Source of the DNA: Octopus sinensis
Lineage: Eukaryota
Reading direction: 5' to 3'
DNA length: 64,000 nucleotides
Assembly (NCBI RefSeq): GCF_006345805.1
Contig: NC_043005.1
Coordinates: 88,970,001-89,034,000 of the forward strand
How positions within the stretch are numbered: position 1 is the stretch's first letter; each line of letters opens with the position of its first letter. A program made the translations under genes and the position numbers. Below, piece by piece: positions 1 to 64,000 of the stretch. The notes under the pieces were generated by a model. It saw nothing but the letters and a program-made list of their open reading frames with translations. It had not been told where the DNA came from and searched no databases.

Positions 1-743
1 CCAGACATGCAGAGGTAGTAATATAATGTTGTTATAATAAATTTGAGGTAGTGATATCATGCTGCTATGAGGAAAGAAGCCATTCTGCTGTGGAGTGTCA
101 TCTCAGATGACAAGTCTTGAGGAGTGGCCATCAAATAGGACATGTGGAATGGTGTGTGTATATCAGTTAAGCCAAGAACTTGCATGAAGTGGGGCAGCCA
201 ATTGCACATAGCATCCACATCTAGTGAGAAAATATTAGCACTGGCAGAATGGTGAGTGATGTGGATCTGAGATGTTCAGGTTTCAAGTCATTATTGAAAT
301 AACCCTCTTTCAATTGATGCTGATGGATTCTGTTCATCTATTTACACGAAGAATAAAATTCTTAGGAGTCTGAAGGGACAAATGTTGAGTGAGAAGGTGC
401 TTGAATTGGACCCTTAATTCAACCCTTACCGACAAACACAGTTGGCCGGTCACTGGCAAATTTTGGGTGGCACATTTATGGGAATCATCTTGACACTGTT
501 TGGATGGTCATCAGGATTTGACATGGTTTAACATAAGGGGTGAAATGTTGCAGTGTGGACATGCTTTTCTCTTTCCACTGTCCAGTCTACCCTCTATGTT
601 CTTGTGGTAGCCATTGTGAAATAGGAAAGGTTGACTTGGTCAGAGCTTGACAGTTGCTCTTTCTCTATACTGTATCACTTGTTGTGGGCATCAAAACGTG
701 GTTCTTGCAATGTGTGTGTGTGTGTATATATGTGTGTGTGTGT

Positions 744-794
<51 letters not shown>

Positions 795-1111
795 GTTGTG
801 GTTCTATTGTTCTTGTTAATTGTATTGTAGTGGGTGTTTAGCCTCAAATCAATGCTCATAGACATTTATTGTTGTCGATGGTGGTGTTTGTGTTGATAAC
901 CAATCCTAACTTCCCAGACAAATGTCAGAGAAGTTACCCTTGAAAGATCTACAGGTTTTCTTCACGTACTTAACCCTTATGAAATTATTCTATTTATATT
1001 ATTATCATTATTATCATTGCTATTTTTGTTGTTGTTTTTTCCGTAGTAGTAGTAATAGTTGTTGTTATTAAAATTATTATTGTCATTATTATTATTATCA
1101 TTATTATTATG

Positions 1112-1172
<61 letters not shown>

Positions 1173-1179
1173 ATCATCT

Positions 1180-2190
1180 TCTTTGAATTTCGCTTCCAAT
1201 TCTTGCTGAGTGTCTTCCCAACACCTAGAGCAAAGAAACTCATTGTATTCATTGGCAGGTCATCAAAATAAACACATCAAATTGTTCATTTACAAAGTCA
1301 TGAGATAGAAAAAAGGGAAGAAAGACAGGGGAAAGAAAGAGATTAAAGAAAAAAATGAAAAAGAGGAAACAAAAACAATGAAAGGGGAAAAGAAAAGGAA
1401 AGAGCAACAATCTTCTTCTCAATACTTGTGACCAATTACCAGTTAAGACAACCTTTTGCACTTCCTGCAAGGGTAGTAAGCCAGGGATTATCCGCAAATC
1501 ACTTTCAGTTCCCTTTTTAATTATTCCAAGTTCTCCTACAATTACTGGTATTGTAACTGTCTTGATTTCAATCAGCAAATCTTTATATTTTCTGAGCTTA
1601 TCAAGCTTTTTTGCCGAGATATTATGATCACAAGGTATGCTCATGTCAATCAGTTAACAGGTCTTATTGTTTTGGTCTTTCACAACAATATCTGGTTAAT
1701 TAGCTTTGATGGTCTGGTCTGTACATACTGGAAAGTCCGAAAGGACCGTTACGTTTTCTCCCTCAGTTCCAGCCTCACGATGGTGCTTATACCATTTGTC
1801 AGCAGCTTTGATTTGATAATGCTGACATGTTAACTAGTGTGGATATTGACCAACTCTGTCATGTTTAGATTTATACTCTACTGGTGCTAAAACCTTACAC
1901 CCAGAGATAAAGTGGTCCACTGTTTCAATCCCATCGTTGCAGTATTGGCACTTTGGGTCTGCACCATTTTTCAATACATTGGTTTGATAGTTCCATATCA
2001 ATAAGCTCTGATCTTGAGCAGCCAAACTAAAGCCATCGCTCTCTGCCTTTAGCTCTGTGCTCCATGGCCACTGAAGGGTGTGCTTCTGGTCTACATCAGC
2101 CTGTTTGCTAAGGGCCACATATTTGCCATGCAGGGGGTTTTGTTCCTAACTATCAACCAATTGTTCAAACGCTTTTTGCTTTGCCATTGA
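1180..2190 (-). mobile_element. R4/Dong-like non-LTR retrotransposon 3' fragment (CCHC finger plus restriction-like endonuclease)
   Basis: AAQDQ, CxxC...ETVDHFISGC, KHDRV and K...KYKDL...IPVIVG motifs; frameshifted; next to a (TTA)n tract. Confidence 0.8.
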
Positions 2191-2461
2191 TTTCATCATC
2201 ATCATCATCACCATCATCATCATTAGGGCAGCAAGCTGGGTGATTTGTTAGCACACTTTCAATTTCTACTTCCTCTTCTTTCTTTTAACAGTTACAACAG
2301 CGAAAGCTGATTCAGTCATTTTCTCTAAACTAGAACGTATACTTTCCACGTTCATATTTGAATCTTCTGCGTTTCAATTATTTTCTCTGATTTTACACAA
2401 TCTCGAATTTGATGGACATATAGCGCTATAGAAGCTGACTCAAGAAATCTCTAGTGAGACT

Positions 2462-2522
2462 TTTTATTGATGTACCTGAAGAGAACCAGAATGGGTCGAA
2501 ACATGTGTTGTACGCAATAAAA
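2462..2522 (+). ncRNA. Type I hammerhead ribozyme motif
   Basis: ttttattgatgtac-CTGAAGA(2476)-gaaccagaatgggtc-GAAA-catgtg-TT-gtacgcaataaaa; stems I and II pair, stem III self-complementary. Confidence 0.75.
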
Positions 2523-2659
2523 TCTTTTACACAACCATTTCCTATTTTCTTAATGCTGTTATGCCATCTGTTGGCACGCTACACTCTGAGAACTTTCTGA
2601 TATTACCGATATATCTCTCTCTCTATATATATATATATCTATATATATATCTATATATA

Positions 2660-2724
<65 letters not shown>

Positions 2725-2727
<3 letters not shown>

Positions 2728-3200
2728 GCTATGGTGCTTAGTAAAAGACAGCCTAAAAACTTGAAAACATTACTAACAAAGGCAAAATTTGACTCAGCAA
2801 CAAAGACCAAACATTCACGGTATCTAAATGCAATGATAGCGATGTGGCACATGCCAATTCATACATACCGGTCAATATAAACACAAAAACCGGGAAAATA
2901 TTCACAAACGCGAATATGAACTGCAAAGCAGAAATTTAATTTACTGCATCAAATGCCCAAATTGTGAAGAAATATATGTAGGTCGACGGGAAACGCACTA
3001 TTAGAACGCTCACGTGTACACCGGCAACAGATTAGAGACCCAGAGGTCCGTCAGATACCTTTGAGTAACCACCTAGCAACATGTGGTCGGAAAATTATAT
3101 AATATTTCCATTCTACAAATTACACAGCCCAAGTGAAATCGAGAGGAAAATCAGAGAAAAGAATTTTATTGATAAATTCGAACCCAAGCTAAATAAGCAA
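2725..3200 (+). mobile_element. Penelope-like element GIY-YIG endonuclease fragment
   Basis: Frameshifted [11 protein letters not shown]...IYCIKCPNCEEIYVG...RVHRQQI...IFPFY...EKNFIDKFEPKLN; starts at a (TA)n tract. Confidence 0.8.
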
Positions 3201-4355
3201 TATAATAATAATAATACTTAGAGGTATTACTTCCACTGCTACGACCATGACCACTAACAACAAAAACAATACTAAAGGTGATCAAGACGAAGATAGCAGG
3301 AAAATTATCTTATTTAGGGTTAAAAGTTCTATTGCCATAACCATCACCACTAGCAACAATAATTAAGGTGCTGACAATGATGATGATGACAATTGAAATA
3401 TAAAAATATAAAAATCTCTGACAAAGGATATTTACAACATTTCTAAAAATAACCCAACAATTGCTGCTTCGGCCAGGGTCAAGATACAGGACTCTTGACA
3501 TGTCCAACAAAGCGTGACGCCTAAACCAATCAGCTCAACCAACCAATCAGCTTAAGTAATTGAGTGATACTACACACTGATTGGTCAGAATACAGTTTGC
3601 AAAACCTAGCACTCTGGAGCCTACCCAGCTGTATTTATAGCACAGAATCAATCATCTTGCTACAGTCAAAAATTGTGAAGCATGACTGTCAACACTACTA
3701 CATGAACCCGAGATTGCAGAATTCAATGCATGAAAGTACTAGTTCAATCAGAATGAATATTTAACATTCTACTATTTCATTTTATTTTATTCAATTATAA
3801 TATATTCTTATAATATATCATTATAAGATTGTAAATAAAACGTGAAAATCAGACAAGGTTGGAATTCTTTTTATTAATATATTCTTCTATACACAATCAC
3901 ACACACCCATATATATATATTCTATATATATATATATATTATATATATATATAGTCATAATAAAAGGGTAAAACTAATTAATTATTAATCAATTTTACCA
4001 AGTAGTGTTCAGTATGTAAAAAGACCATTTACGGTATATTTGAAACATTACATTATAAAAATAGGGTTCAGTGAAAAATTTACTTTACCACACACCAAAC
4101 TTTTTAGAAATAGCAGCCAAAAGTTTTAGCTATTTCTTCTATTGTAAGAAAAATCTCCCAGATAATGCATACTCAAAAACTACAGTTCTCTCTGTAGAAA
4201 TGTATAACCCACATGGGAGGAAGGGGACGAATGCGAGACCTCACTTGTATTTTTGAATTCGTCGGTACTGGCGGTCTGATATGGTTTGTCTGGGATTACA
4301 CATACCAGACGGGTATGTTTGATTTTTAGTACTTTCAAATCCAAATCTAACTAAT

Positions 4356-4422
4356 CTTTGAGCTGACGAACGAAGTGTTGATCTTTATAATCAACTAATC
4401 CAGAAACGGGCCTGTTCTCAGG
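4356..4422 (+). ncRNA. Type I hammerhead ribozyme motif
   Basis: tttgag-CTGACGA(4363)-...gttgat..atcaac...-GAAA(4403)-cgggcctg-TT-ctcagg. Confidence 0.6.
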
Positions 4423-4634
4423 TAATCTTATATAGGTGTGATCTTTCGTTATTTTCCCCTCTATACCTGTGTGAGTTATTTTTGAGTATGCATTGTCTGG
4501 GATATTTTTCTTACTGTAGTAGAAATAGCTAAAGTTTTTGGCTGCTATTTCTAAAAAGTTCGGTTGTGGTAAAGTAAATTTTTTACTGAACCCTATTTTT
4601 ATAATATATATATATATATATATAAATATATATA

Positions 4635-4671
<37 letters not shown>

Positions 4672-4781
4672 CATAATTATACACACATATATATACTTAT
4701 ATCATATATATATATATAGATATATATATATATAACACATACATATATGCGTGTGTGTATTTGTTTATGTATATATGTACA

Positions 4782-4819
<38 letters not shown>

Positions 4820-4891
4820 GTATGTATGTAAATATAATATAAACATATTGTTATATATTTATGTGTGTATGTCTTATGTATGTATACGTGA

Positions 4892-4940
<49 letters not shown>

Positions 4941-5335
4941 CACACATATATATATATATTTATACATCGGTAGTATCAGAAAGTTACCAGATTTGCTCTG
5001 TAGTATGCCAACAGATGGCAGCACGTAGCTCTATGTGCAGTGAGACAAAATAGTAACTTCACTTCCCGAGCGTTAAACTAATACATTTGTATTATACCAC
5101 CTGTCTTTGTTTTGTGTTTTTTTTGTGAATTCTCCCTATACATATATTAAAAACATTGACCAGAGAACTAACATCATATTCGAGTTAACGACTTTATACA
5201 AAACACCACGCCTCCAACCATTTGATCATATATATATATTACCATGGTCTTTCAACACACACACACACATATAAGAAATGAAATACAAAACAATAAATTG
5301 AACAATTATAAATTCAATTCAATTTAAATATTTAA

Positions 5336-5447
5336 GCATATCTATCTATCTGATGAAGCATCATTACATATTTAAACAGATTTGATTATTCTAGAAAAAC
5401 CTCGTTTTATTAATGAAGCGGAAACAGCTGTAATTCGTGAGATGTGC
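5336..5447 (+). ncRNA. Type I hammerhead ribozyme motif (long stem II)
   Basis: gcatatctatctat-CTGATGA(5350)-agcatcatta...taatgaagcg-GAAA(5421)-cagctg-TA-attcgtgagatgtgc. Confidence 0.65.
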
Positions 5448-5661
5448 CATTTGTTTGGATAAAATGTTTAAATTGTATTGAATTTCTAATTGTTCAAATT
5501 ATTGTTTTGTTTTCCATTTGTTATTTATATTTATATATAAATTGTATCTTCATTTTTTATTTACCTGTTGGAATAACATTGTTATTGATATAAGTAATAT
5601 AAACCAATAAATTCTTCGGGTACGTAATATCCCTTAGGTGTATTTACACCTAGCTAAACTG

Positions 5662-5702
<41 letters not shown>

Positions 5703-5951
5703 TATATGATTATAACAAAGAGGGTCTTTGCAACTAGTTGCTAGACCACATACAGAAAGTATTAGAAATAGCACCAGAAGACTGTTATTTCTTTTACTAC
5801 AAAAATATATCTCCACAGACAACAGTATTTGCAACTTACTATGTGCCAAAAAAGAAGAAAAATACCGAAATCAAACAGTCCACGGTCAATTATGGACGTA
5901 CGTTTCTGGATTAGAATCAAAGATTCATTTCCTTCATCAACATAATGTTCC

Positions 5952-6039
<88 letters not shown>

Positions 6040-6082
6040 GCAATAATAATTCTCTAAACGAGATATAGACAGTAACTGCTCC

Positions 6083-6267
6083 ATAACATAAGGGACGTTA
6101 GCCATCTGAATGTGGCTAGGGACAGGGCAGGGCGGTGGGGTGTTACTGATGCATTTAGCCCCAGGTGATCTGGTGACGTTGATGATCGCCTGGGGCTAAA
6201 TGCATCAGTAACACCCCACCGCCCTGCCCTGTCCCTAGCCACATTCAGATGGCTAACGTCCCTTATG

Positions 6268-6271
<4 letters not shown>
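6083..6271. repeat. Near-perfect hairpin palindrome, 88-bp arms and 13-nt loop
   Basis: 6083-6170 versus 6184-6271, one mismatch. Confidence 0.95.
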
Positions 6272-6308
<37 letters not shown>

Positions 6309-6337
6309 GGAAAAAAGCAACAAGAATGGATCAATAT

Positions 6338-6424
6338 ATCGGTACAATTGTTTCGTACGAAGACATCTTTAATAAGGCTACAAAAATTGCAGTAAATATA
6401 GGTAACTCGTACTCATCAGCCGAA
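6338..6424 (-). ncRNA. Type I hammerhead ribozyme motif
   Basis: Minus strand: tcgg-CTGATGA-gtacga...tcgtac-GAAA-caattg-TA-ccga; canonical core, all stems pair, GUA triplet. Confidence 0.82.
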
Positions 6425-7615
6425 AAAACATCCGAGATTCCCAAACATCAAAGGGGGTAATGTTACACTCGTGAAACATCATGGAAAGTTCTATAAAAAT
6501 GAGAATTTAGATAACAAATTCTAAAAGTTCAATTAGTATTACACAGTCATATATCAGGCTTTTAAAAAATCTTTTCAAAACCTCTTAGTTTTCCAGAAAG
6601 TGAAGATGAAAGTGAGGGTGTGAGTTTATCCATATTGAAGAAACTTTTTTTCATGGAGATCTGATGAGAGGTATCGTACTCACAGACTATGTGTTTGTCC
6701 ATATATAGTTCATAGTAAAGTGTGATTCGAGCTGTGTGAAGATATTTTGGATACAATTGTGCGAAATTTCTGAAAACTACTGTGTTATAATCCGAGGAAG
6801 AAGCGTAGCGACAGTCTTATAGTAGAGACGAACAGGCTGCTATAGAAATCTGCAAGAACCACAGGGCTAAAGGAAGAATGTTGAATTTGACCAACTACTG
6901 CTATTAATTGCTATATAAAGAGGAAATGGGAAGGTGAAGGGGGGGGGGGTAAAATGTTGTTACTATAGGAAAACATCTTAGCGTATTTGGTGCAAAATTC
7001 GAACGAAGGTCATTTAATTTATTTCTTTATTTATTAATGTCACTATTAATAGATTGCCAGGTTATGGGGATACAATAAGAGGTCAGAAGAAAGGAAATGG
7101 AGTTATTTTCCTAATGAAACCGTTATATTATAGGTTTGGGATTAGCAAAATTTGTTATTAGTGTAAAAGAACTAAGAAGTTTAATTAACTAATTTACTAT
7201 AAGTAGGTTTACTTAAGATAGACTAAAAATGAGAAAGAAATAATTTAAATTATCTACATAGTCTAATAGAATGAAGTTTTAAATCAATTAACTTATATCT
7301 ATAAGTATCACCTAGTATAGTTAGAGAGAGAATATAATCATAGCTAATTAGATCGTAGCTGTCTAATTAAATATATAATATAATATGTAAGAGTAATGTT
7401 TTATTCAAAGTGATTTTTTATATATACTGTTATCATTTAAAATATCACTTAAAATAATTAAGAGTCTTAGTCCTAGCGTGTATACAAGAGAGATACCCAG
7501 TTCAATCCTGCTGTTCAATAAAATATCATTATTTTTTCTATACATTAGTATTTCAAATGTTTCCACAGAGCAAAGTTGACAACCTATTCTGCTATTTTTA
7601 TAAGGTATCGCTTTT

Positions 7616-7654
<39 letters not shown>

Positions 7655-7663
7655 TACATCCAG

Positions 7664-7707
7664 GCCTGCTGATGAATACGTAAGTATGAAATCACTGTGA
7701 TACAGGT
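7664..7707 (+). ncRNA. Compact type I hammerhead ribozyme motif
   Basis: gcctg-CTGATGA(7669)-atac gtaa gtat-GAAA-tcactgtga-TA-caggt; GNRA-capped stem II. Confidence 0.8.
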
Positions 7708-7853
7708 ATATATTTTTTAAATGTCTTACTTTGAAAAATTGCATTCGGTGGATTAGTAATATTTTTGGTAGAAATGACTAATTGTCCCTCTTAGCGTGTG
7801 GCATGTATGTATAATGCCATCTGGCATGTATGTATAATGCCCTCTATATATAA

Positions 7854-7935
<82 letters not shown>

Positions 7936-7989
7936 TAAAGTAGAGAGAAAACCACTAATAGGAAAATCAATATAAAGTTATATATATAT

Positions 7990-9148
7990 ACTAGCATTAT
8001 GACCCGTCGTTGCCGGGTCATAGTGCTAGTGCATGTATATATGTGTATATATATGTGTACATATTACATGTACATCTATATATATATACATCTACACATA
8101 AAATACAAAATACAAAGTTATATCTTGATATCGCTAGTTATAACAATACTCAAAATATATAACAGACTGGAATTGTAAGCCCATCTCTTGCAATTTCGAT
8201 CAATTGTATTTTGTCCTCCCTCTTGTATAGAAGTGTGGCTACAATCCAGTCTACCTCAACTTCTGGGGAGAGGGGGACATTTTAAATTTTTATCCGGTAC
8301 GTCCTACGTCCCAGATATAAAGGTAAAAATAAAATATTTCCACTTTGCAAGTTCGAGTCGAGTACTCCCTTGCACGCTCCGTTGACTCGAAACTTGCTTC
8401 AATTGTGGCGAATTTACCGCACACAAGTCGCACCAAGACACTTTTCGATGGTGCTTTCCTCCAGGTGTTCAAATCTTCTTTTTTCTCTACGTTGTATACT
8501 TTATAGACAATAGACTTTTCTTTAATTTAATTTTTTATTATCCAACAGGTCTATTCTATTTCTGCACGCTAATTTTATTTTTAATTTATTCCCATTCATG
8601 TGAAACCACTTATTCAAGTTCATATCATTGATGCAATTTTATACCAATCGCTATTTTTACTTTTGTTATGTTACGATTATATTATACTGTAGTTTGATTT
8701 TAATTATTACTTACTACATATAATTCAATTGTTATTATTAGTTTTATTATTAAAGTGAAAGTATCTGACATAAAATAGAGAAATGTTTTTGTTTCACTTT
8801 TAACACGTAATACTGAAATAGTGGAGAAGGTATTATATTGCTATGGACTCCCCCTAGGCAAGAAGTTGAACATTTTTTTGCCCTTGAAACTACATGAACC
8901 TTAAGTAAGGCATGTGTAAAATTAGAATGAAATTGATTGTGTAGTTCTCGAGGTTTAGGGAATCGTAGTGGAGAAGATATGATATTGCTGTGGGCTCGCC
9001 CTAGGCAAAAAGTTCAAAATTCTTTTTGCCGATGACAATCTCCGAACCCTAAGTAAGGCATGTGTAAAATTTGAATGAAATTGGTTGTATAGTTCTTAAG
9101 TTTTAGGGAAACACACATTATAGAAAGACAGACAGACACACATTCTCA

Positions 9149-9155
<7 letters not shown>
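7990..9155 (+). mobile_element. Non-autonomous Helitron/Helentron-like (DINE-1/HINE-type) element
   Basis: Terminal hairpin ctagcattatgacccg/cgggtcatagtgctag, internal ~146-bp tandem duplication (8818-8962/8966-9110), GACA repeat near the other end, (TA)n flanks; classification inferred. Confidence 0.5.
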
Positions 9156-9210
<55 letters not shown>

Positions 9211-9367
9211 AAATTATATATACATATATATATATAGATATGCATATATGTATTTATGTGTGTATATATGTATATATATAAATACACACACACACTCACA
9301 CACATATAAGCATATGCCTTTACAATCCTATAGTGCATTAATATCATTTCTTGTGTCCACTTTTATG

Positions 9368-9419
<52 letters not shown>

Positions 9420-9660
9420 CTGTCTCTCTGTCTCTCTGTCTGCCGGCCTGCCTGCTTGTCTGTCTGTCTAACTGTGTGTGTGTGCTTACATACATACATA
9501 CATATATACATACATACATACATACATGCATACATACATACATACATACATACATACATACATACATACATACATACATACATACATACATACATACGTA
9601 CGTACAATCACGTATGTATATACATACATACACATATAAGTATATACATACATACGTACA

Positions 9661-61281
<51,621 letters not shown>

Positions 61282-62223
61282 GGTGAACAACCTCTCAGAA
61301 CAAATGTGTCGTCTGCTTCAAGCAATTTCTAAATGTGTCTGCGCCTGTTTGTGAGTATCTGTATCTCATTTCATACATGTAATATTTGTATCAGGTGTGC
61401 AAGTGAGAATATCTGTTGCAGTGTAAGTGGTGGTATGGGGAGAAGGGGCGGAATGTGAGTGAAAGACCAGAGTTTGAGATTGGGTGTTGTCTGGGAGGAG
61501 AAGGGGAAAGAAAAGACAAGGAGATAAAGTGTATGTGTGTGTGTGAGCGTGTGAGTGTGAGCGTGTGTGTGTGTGTGGGGGGGCATAATGTATATAGATA
61601 CACAGTCTACCTCAATGGTTGAATGCATTTTATTTGTAATTTTTGTATTTAATACACTTGCTCCTATATCTATGTAGGTGTCTATGAACATGTATCTATG
61701 TATCTATGTATATGTATTTAAATTACTTATACACAGACATGACAGAAGTAAATAGACGCCCTTATAATCATTAAAATTCGAAATAGATTAAATTAAACGT
61801 TCAAAATATCACATCTGGAAGCTCATATCTTTTTATTAGAAAAAACTACATGGTGCTGTATTTCGAGTCCTTCAGAATGCTGCCAGTTGGTGGTGATGGC
61901 CACTTTGTAAAAGTGGTGATATTTTGAAAGTTCCATGTATTTCAATTTTTCTTTCCATTTTATTCCAGCAGGAAAAGCTCGTCTTAAATGGCCGAAACCA
62001 GTTCATATTTTCTTTGCTTTTTGCCATATTAAAGCTCACTAAGCATTTCCATCTTCTTGGTTTTTCAACACACACGCGCGTGCACACACACACACATACA
62101 CACACATATATATATACACATATACACACGCACACATATATATATATACATATATATACACATGCACACATATATATACATATATATATAAATATATATT
62201 TATAAATATATATACATATACAT

Positions 62224-62384
62224 AATAAATATAAGAGAGTGGTCACTATATTGCTCACTCTAGCACCAGTTAATCCAAAAGGTTTCAACCACGAAAATAC
62301 ATGTTTCCCATTTTCGTGGTTGAAACCTTTTGGATTAACTGGTGCTAGAGTGAGCAATATAGTGACCACTCTCTTATATTTATT
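62224..62384. repeat. Perfect hairpin palindrome, 75-bp arms and 11-nt loop
   Basis: 62224-62298 versus 62310-62384. Confidence 0.95.
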
Positions 62385-62671
62385 TTGTAAAAATATTATA
62401 ATATGTTATAAAATATTATAATAATCCAGGTTTCTCGTAGCACTAGGCCACTTGGTGTTGAATAAATATACTATTAAATTAGTATCTAATTCTCTCACCC
62501 TTATTAATTAATTATACATATACATATATATATATATATATAAACACACATATATATATACATATATATATTCATATACATACATATATATACATATATA
62601 CATATATATATATACAATCATGCATACATATGGATATACATATATATATACATATATATATACACACACAC

Positions 62672-62706
<35 letters not shown>

Positions 62707-62783
62707 TATACATATGGATATATATAAACATATATACATATGTATATGTTTGTGCGTGTGAGTATATATATATATATATATAC

Positions 62784-62841
<58 letters not shown>

Positions 62842-62989
62842 AGATATATAGATATATACATATACATATGTGTATATGTGTGTGTGTGTGTGTGTACGGG
62901 TATGTATATATACATATACGTCACATTTTCTGCGGTTTCTTATATCTGTCAAAATGTCTATATGATGAGCACTGTTGTTTATATCCTCC

Positions 62990-63760
62990 CTGATAAAATT
63001 GATGCATTGCTGATCATTATTCATCCTGTCGAAAAAGCGGCGGGTTTCACATTATTCTGGGTTGGGAAGCCGAAGGGAGAGAAAATGGAAGGTGGTGTTG
63101 GGTTTGCAATTAGAAGTGATGAAACTCCGGTTCCCTCTTCCTTGTGGACGTTTTGTAACTGCTTTCTCTATTTGTGCTCCTACACTTTCAACTAGGGAGG
63201 AAAATATCCATGCATTTTATGAGGAGCTTAGAAGAAGTATTCTGTCAGTCCCTTTGAATGAGAAGTTGGTTGAACTTGGTGATTTTTATTGTACGTCTTG
63301 ATTGAGACAATGGGGCTTGCAATGTATTTAGGCGTTATGGAATAGGAAAGGTGGACAAAAACGGGTTGCATCTGATACAAATGTGCTCTGAGCTAGGGTT
63401 CAGTATTGGTAATACTTTCTTTCATCATAAGATGAAACATAAAGTTACCAAGGCCAAAGCAAGGTCACATGATTGATTTTGTATTCACTCGGAAAGCTGA
63501 CTTACAAGAATTGTGCAGTCTCAGAGTATTGCGAGGTGCTGATTGTGATACTGGTTACAAAATGGTGAGGGCCAAGTTCAAGTTCAGGGTCCGGAAGAAG
63601 ATTCGTAGTGCAGGTATACGAGTACCAAAGAACATTGATGCAGAGCAGCTAAAACAACCACAAGTTTTACACTTGTTTCAGAAGAGATGCAGCAATGTTC
63701 ATTTTGGAGGTTCATGGCATTCTTTACGGGATGGAATATAAAAAATGCTTATACATTCTA
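62990..63760 (+). mobile_element. RTE-like LINE APE endonuclease fragment
   Basis: GFTLFWVG, GVGFAI, CAPT, LGDF, NTFF and IDFV motifs; frameshifted. Confidence 0.8.
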
Positions 63761-63779
63761 AATATTTCAAATCTACCGC

Positions 63780-64000
63780 AGAATACTACATGTCTCTGTT
63801 GGACGAACTACAGGAAAATTTGAAACAGAAACACCGTGAAAAGCTGAGCCGTTATATCCTGTTCTTGCAGGACAATGCACCAGCACACACAACACATGAA
63901 ACTGCAGAAAACATGTGACTTTGGTTTCGAATAGGTAGTCCATTCTCCTTGCTCTCCTGGCTTGGCCCCCTCCGACTACCACCTTCTTCCCCAACTGAAG
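63780..64000 (+). mobile_element. Mariner fragment running off the window end
   Basis: QDNAPAH and LAPSDYH motifs; homologous to 19560-19630. Confidence 0.7.

Noticed and set aside
6655-6690. CTGATGA followed by a gag/ctc stem
   Set aside because: No GAAA after the stem.
61872-62421. Two opposite-strand ORFs with identical N-termini (MVTILLTLAPVNPKGF)
   Set aside because: Artefact of the perfect palindrome at 62224-62384.

Overview
AT-rich, microsatellite-dense animal genomic DNA; the repeat landscape suggests an octopus or other coleoid cephalopod (inference, not verified). One host gene spans most of the window. It is a 10-exon minus-strand SLC22/organic-cation-transporter-like MFS gene (ATG 61281, stop 9661, 1665-nt CDS, 554 aa, all introns GT-AG and phase-consistent), assembled by hand because the ORF track only catches pieces. 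Introns and flanks hold decayed mobile elements: several mariner/Tc1, a Tigger/pogo, a piggyBac, Penelope-like (PLE) RT and GIY-YIG fragments, R4/Dong-like, CR1/L2-like and RTE LINEs, a gypsy gag/PBS, ORF1-only LINE-like elements, a Helitron-like element and three or more tRNA-derived SINE families. The most striking unlisted signal is about a dozen type I hammerhead-ribozyme motifs (CUGANGA...GAAA...UH) with palindromic stem III. They include U3-A8, CCGACGA and CUGUUGA core variants, sit in inverted/fold-back cassettes next to (TA)n tracts, and one follows a tRNA-like Pol III head. Several lie on the sense strand of the transporter pre-mRNA. Ribozyme folds were judged by eye, and activity is untested. 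Most ORFs in the supplied track are microsatellite artefacts.
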